Source: Patescibacteria group bacterium
Lineage (GTDB): Bacteria; Patescibacteriota; Minisyncoccia; Phycocordibacterales; UBA9973
Assembly (NCBI GenBank): GCA_040388575.1
Contig: JAZKBO010000004.1
Coordinates: 5,400-69,399, forward strand
Length of the DNA: 64,000 bases
Direction of reading: 5' to 3'
Shown here: piece by piece, positions 55,812 to 64,000 of the stretch
How positions within the stretch are numbered: position 1 is the stretch's first letter
How the letters are laid out: every line of letters begins with the position of its first letter
Program-made: the position numbers and the translations under genes
The notes under the pieces: model-generated
The model's database searches: none
Told to the model about the DNA's origin: nothing
The model's input: only the letters and a program-made list of their open reading frames with translations

Positions 55812-56737
55812 TTCTTTGTAATTATTTCTATAGCCTTAGTAATCAGCGGAATTATGTCGTTGTAAATATGGAGGTCGGGAATTTCTTTCAATTTAAACCA
55901 ACGCGCTTCGTCTAGGCCCCCTGTAACTTCAAGGGTCAAGGGTTCATATTTGGATTCGGCTAAAAAGTAGATAACTTTCTTTAAAATTTTACCCTTCTCT
56001 GGGTGCGAGGCTACATACTCATTCTCCCCCAATTTTTCAGTAATATTCACATCTATACCTATCTCCTCCTTGATCTTTTTAGCAGTAGCTTCCTTTTCAT
56101 CCCCTGCGCTTTCAATGCCGCCCTTGGTGAGTGTCCAGTAGCCGAAAACGTCGTGCACCATGGCAAAGTAAATATCTTTGCCTTCCTTGGCATACACCAC
56201 AGCCCCACCCTTGCGCTCCACGGGTAATTTGCTCCTGTCTATTGGGGTGTCGTTTTTATGAATTTCCTTTTTCTTTTTACTGACTTCATCCTTACCTGGC
56301 TCGCCTATTTCCTTATACACCGCCCCGAGCACACCGTTGACGAATTTACCGGAATTTTCACCGCCGAAAGTCTTCGCGAGTTCTATTGCTTCATTGATGG
56401 CCACCTTCGGTGGCACTTGACCACGATCGCCAAAGAGGAGCTCGGTGAGCCCAATGCGTAAAATATTTCTATCAATGATGGAAATCTTATCTATCGGCCA
56501 GTCAGGCGCAGCTTTTTCGATGATCTCATCGATCACCGTTTGTTTTACAATTATTTGGTCGGTAAGCATGAAGACGAAGTTGTCCTCCTCCATGCCGGGA
56601 GCGAATTCCTTGAGGTTGCGATCTAAAATTTCTTTTACTTTCTCGGGAGTGTGGTCGGCAGGTTTTGATTGAGACAAGAAGTCCCACTCAAAAAGGGTCT
56701 GAAGTACTATTGATCTGGAAAGATGCCTATTTGCCAT
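55808..56737 (-). CDS. nusB: Transcription antitermination factor NusB fused to a NUDIX-like domain
   Basis: RHLSRSIVLQTLFEWD, IDRNILR, VAINEAIELAKTFG, FVNGVLG; then WTLTKGGIE...KEEIGI. Confidence 0.9.
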   Translation of the reverse strand: MANRHLSRSIVLQTLFEWDFLSQSKPADHTPEKVKEILDRNLKEFAPGMEEDNFVFMLTDQIIVKQTVIDEIIEKAAPDWPIDKISIIDRNILRIGLTELLFGDRGQVPPKVAINEAIELAKTFGGENSGKFVNGVLGAVYKEIGEPGKDEVSKKKKEIHKNDTPIDRSKLPVERKGGAVVYAKEGKDIYFAMVHDVFGYWTLTKGGIESAGDEKEATAKKIKEEIGIDVNITEKLGENEYVASHPEKGKILKKVIYFLAESKYEPLTLEVTGGLDEARWFKLKEIPDLHIYNDIIPLITKAIEIITKK

Positions 56738-56800
56738 TTTTTAAAAAACTTAATCCGCCACCGACGGAAATTACTAACGCTTACAATTAACTACAACTAA

Positions 56801-57025
56801 CTAATTGGCTGCTGCTTTGGCCTTTTCCCTCTTTTGCCTCTTTTCAGTCTTTTTAATCAAGTCCACTACCTTCCTGCCACCGTAAAAGCCGCAATTAGCG
56901 CACATCGTGTGGCTCTTTTTCAGCTCCTTGCAGTTTTCGCACTTGATAAAGTTCGTGCTCACCAATGCATGGTGGGAACGCCTGTTACCTGTATGCGATT
57001 TTGTGCTTCTCATTCTTACTACCAT
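56801..57025 (-). CDS. rpmF: 50S ribosomal protein L32
   Basis: RRSHHAL, CENC...HTMCANCGFYGGR; precedes nusB-rnc. Confidence 0.93.
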   Translation of the reverse strand: MVVRMRSTKSHTGNRRSHHALVSTNFIKCENCKELKKSHTMCANCGFYGGRKVVDLIKKTEKRQKREKAKAAAN

Positions 57026-57089
57026 AATGTGCTATATCCTAGCATATAAAGGCTGAAATGCAAAGAAAAATGTGATATTATATGAATCT

Positions 57090-58841
57090 ATGGCCCAAAG
57101 CCAACAATCAGAAGACAAGCTAGCCCATACCCGCCACACTTTGGCCCATTTACTAGCCGCCGCAGTCGGTGAAATATATAAATTCGACAATGTCCGCCTA
57201 ACCCTTGGCCCAGCCATAGAAAATGGCTTTTATTACGATATTGATTTCTTGGGTGAAAAGATAAGCGACGAGGATTTAAAAAAGATTGAAAAAACAATGA
57301 AGAAAAGGCTCCCCAGCTGGGATAAATGGGAGCATAAAGTGGTGAGCAAGGAGGAAGCGCTCGAGACTTTCAAAAATAACGAATACAAAGCTGAGCTCAT
57401 CAAGGAAATAGCTGACCGTGGCGAAGAAATAACTATTTATACTTGTGGTAAATTCTCGGACCTGTGCCGCGGCGGCCATGTTGAAAATCCTGCAAAGGAA
57501 ATTGACCCAGAATCTTTTATGCTTGACCGCGTTGCGGGTGCTTACTGGCGCGGCGATGAAAAGAATAAAATGCTCACTCGTATTTACGGGCTCGCATTTG
57601 AAAGTAAAAAAGATTTGGATGCGTACCTAATGCAGCGTGAGGAAGCTGAAAAAAGAGACCATAAAAAGTTGGGTCGGGAGTTGGGACTCCTCATGTTCCA
57701 TGAAACTGCCCCAGGTATGCCCTACTGGCTACCAAAAGGATTAATTTTATACAAAGAACTTGAAAATTATTGGCGCAAAAGGCACGCGGAACTTGATTAT
57801 CAAGAAATCGCGAGCCCGCTCGTAAATAAAGCCGAGCTCTGGAAAATTTCCGGACATTGGGACCACTACCAAGACGACATGTTCATCGCCAACATGGGTG
57901 AAAATGAAGTGTATGGCATCAAGCCGATGAACTGCCCGAATGCCATGATTGTTTTCAAATCCATGCAAGTTAGCTACAAGGATTTACCACTACGCCTTTC
58001 CGATACCGACCGCCTGCATCGCTATGAACGCTCGGGAGTTTTAAATGGGCTCCTCCGCTGCCGCTCCTTCCAGCAAGATGACTCCCACAACTACATAACC
58101 GAGGATATGATCGAAGATGAATATCATAAGATCATGGATATTTGTAAAGAATTTTATGGAATTTTTAACTTAGAATATTCCTTCCGCCTCGGCACCAGGC
58201 CTAAGGAATTTATGGGTGATGTAGAAACCTGGGATAAAGCTGAAAAGGCGCTGCATAATGTGCTTAAAAAATCTGATAAAAAATATTCCGTAGCCGAGGG
58301 TGACGGTGCATTTTATGGACCCAAGATAGACATAATAATGAAGGACGCCATCGGCCGGGACTGGCAGATGGGTACTATCCAGCTCGACTTCCAACAGCCT
58401 CGCCGCTTTGAACTGGAATATACTGACCGTGATGGCAAGAAGAAAACACCTGTAGTAATCCACCGCGTTATTTATGGCTCGCTCGAGCGATTCATCGGCA
58501 TACTTATTGAGCATACTGCAGGCAACTTCCCTCTCTGGCTCGCGCCCGTTCAGGTGAAGGTTATTCCAGTGCGGGAGAATCATAATGAATATGCCAAGAA
58601 GGTTGCAGAATTATTGAAAGAAAATAATATCCGCGCAGAATTTGATAATAAGGATGAAAACCTAGGCACCAAAGTCCGCGATGCCAAAAATAACAAGCTC
58701 CCCTACTGGATAGTGGTGGGTGACAAGGAAGTTGAAGCTGATAAACTTACCCTCGAGAGCCGCGACTCTGGCAACCTAGGGCAAATGGCAAAGGAAGATT
58801 TGGTTTCAAAACTACTCAAAGAAATTAAGGATAAGAAATAA
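57090..58841 (+). CDS. thrS: Threonine--tRNA ligase (lacks TGS domain)
   Basis: HTLAHLLA, DLCRGGH, RDHKKLG, KPMNCP, FYGPKID, GSLERF. Confidence 0.96.
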   Translation: MAQSQQSEDKLAHTRHTLAHLLAAAVGEIYKFDNVRLTLGPAIENGFYYDIDFLGEKISDEDLKKIEKTMKKRLPSWDKWEHKVVSKEEALETFKNNEYKAELIKEIADRGEEITIYTCGKFSDLCRGGHVENPAKEIDPESFMLDRVAGAYWRGDEKNKMLTRIYGLAFESKKDLDAYLMQREEAEKRDHKKLGRELGLLMFHETAPGMPYWLPKGLILYKELENYWRKRHAELDYQEIASPLVNKAELWKISGHWDHYQDDMFIANMGENEVYGIKPMNCPNAMIVFKSMQVSYKDLPLRLSDTDRLHRYERSGVLNGLLRCRSFQQDDSHNYITEDMIEDEYHKIMDICKEFYGIFNLEYSFRLGTRPKEFMGDVETWDKAEKALHNVLKKSDKKYSVAEGDGAFYGPKIDIIMKDAIGRDWQMGTIQLDFQQPRRFELEYTDRDGKKKTPVVIHRVIYGSLERFIGILIEHTAGNFPLWLAPVQVKVIPVRENHNEYAKKVAELLKENNIRAEFDNKDENLGTKVRDAKNNKLPYWIVVGDKEVEADKLTLESRDSGNLGQMAKEDLVSKLLKEIKDKK

Positions 58842-58842
58842 A

Positions 58843-59151
58843 ATGCCTGAAGGATATCATAAGTTAGTTCGAGATAATATTCCAAAACATTTGGATGAAA
58901 AAGGTGTGCCTTATGAAAAAAGGGTTGCAACTCCTGAAGAATATAGAGCTGAGTTATTAAAAAAGCTTCCCGAAGAGGTGGCAGAATTCGAAGAAGCTCA
59001 CAGTCCAGAAGAGCTGGCTGACATCATCGAAGTCATTGAAGCATTAAAAGAATTACCGGAATTTTCTAAAGTGGATGAAATAAGAAAAATAAAGCTCGCC
59101 ACCAAAGGCGGCTTCACTAAGCGAATAATTCTAAAAGGAGAAAAAGGTTAG
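58843..59151 (+). CDS. MazG-like NTP pyrophosphohydrolase (PRA-PH-like)
   Basis: YHKLVRDNIP, KLPEEVAEF, EELADIIEV, KGGF. Confidence 0.85.
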   Translation: MPEGYHKLVRDNIPKHLDEKGVPYEKRVATPEEYRAELLKKLPEEVAEFEEAHSPEELADIIEVIEALKELPEFSKVDEIRKIKLATKGGFTKRIILKGEKG

Positions 59152-59156
59152 TTATT

Positions 59157-59516
59157 TTATATCTTCCACCTTAAAACCATAAGTAAAGTATCTTTTTTAG
59201 TTACCCAGGTATGCAAATCATTGGGTTCAATAAAAATGAAGTCTCCTTCTTTTTTAAGTGGAACCATTTTAGATTTATTTATAGTTACTTCGTGATGCCC
59301 ACGAACTAGTATTATCAGTGTTTGAATTACTTTATGTTTATGTGGCACTGTTTTTGTATCTCCCTTCTTGAGTCGAATCCAGCGAACTTCAATTTTAGGT
59401 ATATTTTTAAAATCAAAAATTGGGTTCTTGCTGTCCCCCAACTTTCCCAATCTATTAATTAAAGAACCATTCCTCTGGCTATGTTTTAGTTTAGAATTAA
59501 AGTTGCCATTTTTCAT
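59157..59516 (-). CDS. Cupin-domain protein
   Basis: PHKHK...ILVRG...GDFIFIEPNDLHTW. Confidence 0.75.
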   Translation of the reverse strand: MKNGNFNSKLKHSQRNGSLINRLGKLGDSKNPIFDFKNIPKIEVRWIRLKKGDTKTVPHKHKVIQTLIILVRGHHEVTINKSKMVPLKKEGDFIFIEPNDLHTWVTKKDTLLMVLRWKI

Positions 59517-59522
59517 ATAATA

Positions 59523-60146
59523 TTATTTATATGTGCTTATTAATAAACCGTCCTCAATCTCTAAAAATTCGTTCGAGTAATCTTTATTATTAGATAAATA
59601 TTCCCGGTAATCATTAACATACTCAGCAAAATTAGTCATATTATCCGCAATAATAACAGCTCCGTGATTTAAATGTGGCTCAATTTTCCTTAGATATTCA
59701 AGGTACTCATGTTTATCAGCATCTATAAATACCATATCCACCATCTTATCCCAACTTTCTAAAACATCAAGGATATTACCTTTTATCTGGACAATCGATT
59801 CAGTCAGGCCAGCTTCTGCGAAAGATTGCTGCGCCATTTCTATTTTTTGCGGTGATATCTCAACTGTAAAAAGTTTGCCACCTTCTGGTAAAGCAGATGC
59901 TATCCAGATACTGGAGTAGCCAGCGGATGTGCCCAATTCTAAGACAACTTGTGGTTTTTTAATAAGCACAGTTTCTCGCAATAGCTCCCCTGTTGCCCTA
60001 CCCACTGACCACAACTTTATTTTATTATTATGAGACCAATGTCCGTCCTTACCATTATTTTCGTCAGAGACATCCTCAACTAAAAACTCCTTGTCCAATT
60101 TTTCTAATCGCTCAACTGTTGCTAAAAATTTGGAGTCGATTTTCAT
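59523..60146 (-). CDS. Class I SAM-dependent O-methyltransferase (YrrM/CCoAOMT-like)
   Basis: VLELGTSAGYS, DMVFIDADK, IIADN. Confidence 0.9.
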   Translation of the reverse strand: MKIDSKFLATVERLEKLDKEFLVEDVSDENNGKDGHWSHNNKIKLWSVGRATGELLRETVLIKKPQVVLELGTSAGYSSIWIASALPEGGKLFTVEISPQKIEMAQQSFAEAGLTESIVQIKGNILDVLESWDKMVDMVFIDADKHEYLEYLRKIEPHLNHGAVIIADNMTNFAEYVNDYREYLSNNKDYSNEFLEIEDGLLISTYK

Positions 60147-60152
60147 AATGTA

Positions 60153-60614
60153 CTAAATTTTTATATATTCTATTTCTATACCCAATTGCTTCGCTTGGTC
60201 ATGTTCCCACCGTGCACCCTTTGAAGATTCCCAGTCTGGCATAAAATATAACTTTTTAATTAAGCCAGAAGTGAATATTGGAAGGTAGAAATCAGTTAGT
60301 AGAGCTGTAGCGTACTGCCCGGCGGGTAAAGTGGTTTTTATTCTTTGCATCGGTGCCTCGAAGGGCATCTGATCGAAAATTATTTTACCTTCCGCTTGCA
60401 AAAATACTATCGTTTCATTAAAAGCTATGAGATTTTCTAAAATTGTTCCTCTTCCGCCAGTACTTATGGGCCCACATACTTGGCCTATTGGTGCAGGCAT
60501 GCGGCGTAAAACATTAAAAGCTATGTCCCTCATTGTATCTATACTTTCAGCTTGCTCGAGCAAAAGAATGTCTTCCTCCGTCCAATATTCTCGGGTACTA
60601 TGATTTAGATCCAT
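60153..60614 (-). CDS. DUF4406/nucleoside deoxyribosyltransferase-like protein
   Basis: VCGPISTG...LYFMPDWESSKGARWEH..A..LG pattern. Confidence 0.65.
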   Translation of the reverse strand: MDLNHSTREYWTEEDILLLEQAESIDTMRDIAFNVLRRMPAPIGQVCGPISTGGRGTILENLIAFNETIVFLQAEGKIIFDQMPFEAPMQRIKTTLPAGQYATALLTDFYLPIFTSGLIKKLYFMPDWESSKGARWEHDQAKQLGIEIEYIKI

Positions 60615-61163
60615 GATTTTCTTTCTTTAACAACTCTAGAAGATTCTCCATGGCTTTACCGCGGTGGGAGTGTTTATTGCGCTCTTCGTCGGTAAGCTCC
60701 AGCATTATTTTGTCAGTACCGTCTAATTTTACGAAGAGCTCAAACCATCGGCCTTTATGATCCTTTTCTTTCGGAGCTACAATCACGCCATTAAACTCCC
60801 CCACACCCATAATGATATCATCCTCCCCGCGGCATAAAGCTAGCCGACAAACAGCTTTTATCCTAGTACCCGAAAATTTATGACCCATTTCGTATGGAGT
60901 CATAACATTGAAAAAGTCCTTCATATATGGCCCCGGGAAACCATTTAAGAATTCAAAATACACTGAGACATCATCTACTAATACTGCGCCGCCAAACTTT
61001 TTGTAAGCCTTTTTAACTTTGTCAGTAATTATCTCCCCCGGCTCACCCTGTATCTCGTGTTCATCCCAAGGCCTCTGCTCGCAGTCGAAAAAATCTTTAA
61101 GTTTGTAAGATAGATCATGGAATTTAAAGTCACTACCTGTAACAATAAAAAGTTTCGGCTTCA

Positions 61164-61164
<1 letters not shown>
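60598..61164 (-). CDS. Ham1/ITPase non-canonical purine NTP pyrophosphatase
   Basis: FIVTGS..K, EIQG, VLVDDV, GFPGPYMK, SHRGKA. Confidence 0.88.
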
Positions 61165-63233
<2,069 letters not shown>

Positions 63234-63322
63234 CTATATTATAGCAAATTGAGATACCAAATGCCAGCACTTTTTACCTAAAAAACCTTTACTTTTAAAC
63301 ACTCTTATCCTATAGTTAGATT

Positions 63323-63604
63323 ATGAAACCCGATCAAATGCCAAGAGAAAAACCGCCCGAATCTATCATTCAAGATGCTTTTGAAAGATCAGTTATGGGT
63401 ATAGGTGTTGGCGGCGACCCCGCAGACACTGCTCAATTTTTAGTGCAAAGAATGCAAGAATTCGATTCTTGGGACGCTTTCAAGGAAAGTTTAGAAGAAA
63501 TGGTTAAAGACCATTCTCTGTTTGAAAAAGAGTTTGATAAATTAACAGACATGCATGTTCGGGATCTTGTTGAGCAATACTATGAGTCTAAGAAAAGAAA
63601 GTAA
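63323..63604 (+). CDS. Hypothetical acidic protein
   Basis: 93-aa ORF with TATAGT-6nt-ATG. Confidence 0.7.
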   Translation: MKPDQMPREKPPESIIQDAFERSVMGIGVGGDPADTAQFLVQRMQEFDSWDAFKESLEEMVKDHSLFEKEFDKLTDMHVRDLVEQYYESKKRK

Positions 63605-63620
63605 GGCGGCCTATTAGAAA

Positions 63621-64000
63621 ATGTCAGATATTTTAATAACCTCTCCGGAGGAAGCTAAATTAAAGAAAGAATTGGAGGCTAAAAATGACGTATATTCCGA
63701 GCGCTTGAAGCGCTACTTGGCTATGCCTGATTTATCTCGTACCCCAGGCAGCCCGCTTGCTGAAGTTGTTAGGAAAGCAAAAAGCGTTTCTTCACTTGCC
63801 GGCTTTGACGACATAAAAGTTCCGGAAATTATCCCTATTGATATCATGTTCGACTTGTTTAATATGCCCGAGGGCCACCCTGCCCGCAGCAAGTCCGACA
63901 CTTACTACGTGGATGAAACTCATGTACTACGAACTCACGACACAGTCTTCTGGTACTACTATTTAAATGATCCGGAAATAAAGAAGAAGATTGCGAATAA
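63621..64000 (+). CDS. Phenylalanine--tRNA ligase catalytic domain, N-terminal part (3' truncated; not in ORF track)
   Basis: Frame open from ATG 63621 to the window end: ...FDLFNMPEGHPARSKSDTYYVDETHVLRTH (PheRS-alpha motif). Confidence 0.85.
   Translation, partial: MSDILITSPEEAKLKKELEAKNDVYSERLKRYLAMPDLSRTPGSPLAEVVRKAKSVSSLAGFDDIKVPEIIPIDIMFDLFNMPEGHPARSKSDTYYVDETHVLRTHDTVFWYYYLNDPEIKKKIAN

Noticed and set aside
14720-56800. GTCG word in several leadered 5' UTRs (before 14717, 21202, khpA, nusB)
   Set aside because: Only a 4-5 nt match at variable positions; cannot be separated from chance without a genome-wide test.

Overview
A 64 kb, mostly AT-rich chromosomal segment of a reduced-genome bacterium. 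Gene content and protein style (short pth, fmt, thrS, proS and smc; no rimM in the rpsP-khpA-trmD cluster; monomeric-type PheRS) point to Patescibacteria/Parcubacteria (CPR); this is inference. Genetic code 11 applies, since TGA is used as a stop. The window carries core genes (dnaE 3' part, pth, lepB, hisS, def, fmt, hpf, tgt, mreBC, proS, rpsB, tsf, rpoD, dnaG, rpoBC, trmD, rpsP, rnr, smc, rnc, nusB, rpmF, thrS, gyrB), three tRNAs, a compact RNase P RNA and a GH130/mannose cluster. Main observations: (1) a two-tier gene architecture, in which many native genes look leaderless (-10 hexamer, 6 nt, ATG; no SD) while about 8 GC-richer orphan ORFs form self-contained cassettes with TTGA(C)-type promoters, SD motifs and GC-rich 3' hairpins; (2) a hinge-less Smc with a Rad50-like zinc hook; (3) a circularly permuted DsbA; (4) an in-frame palindromic insert in tgt; (5) a candidate sRNA sharing a palindromic -35 box with rnpB; (6) several small ORFs missed by the ORF track. 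No CRISPR array, transposase or integrase was seen. All calls are from motif recognition by eye; no database search was run.
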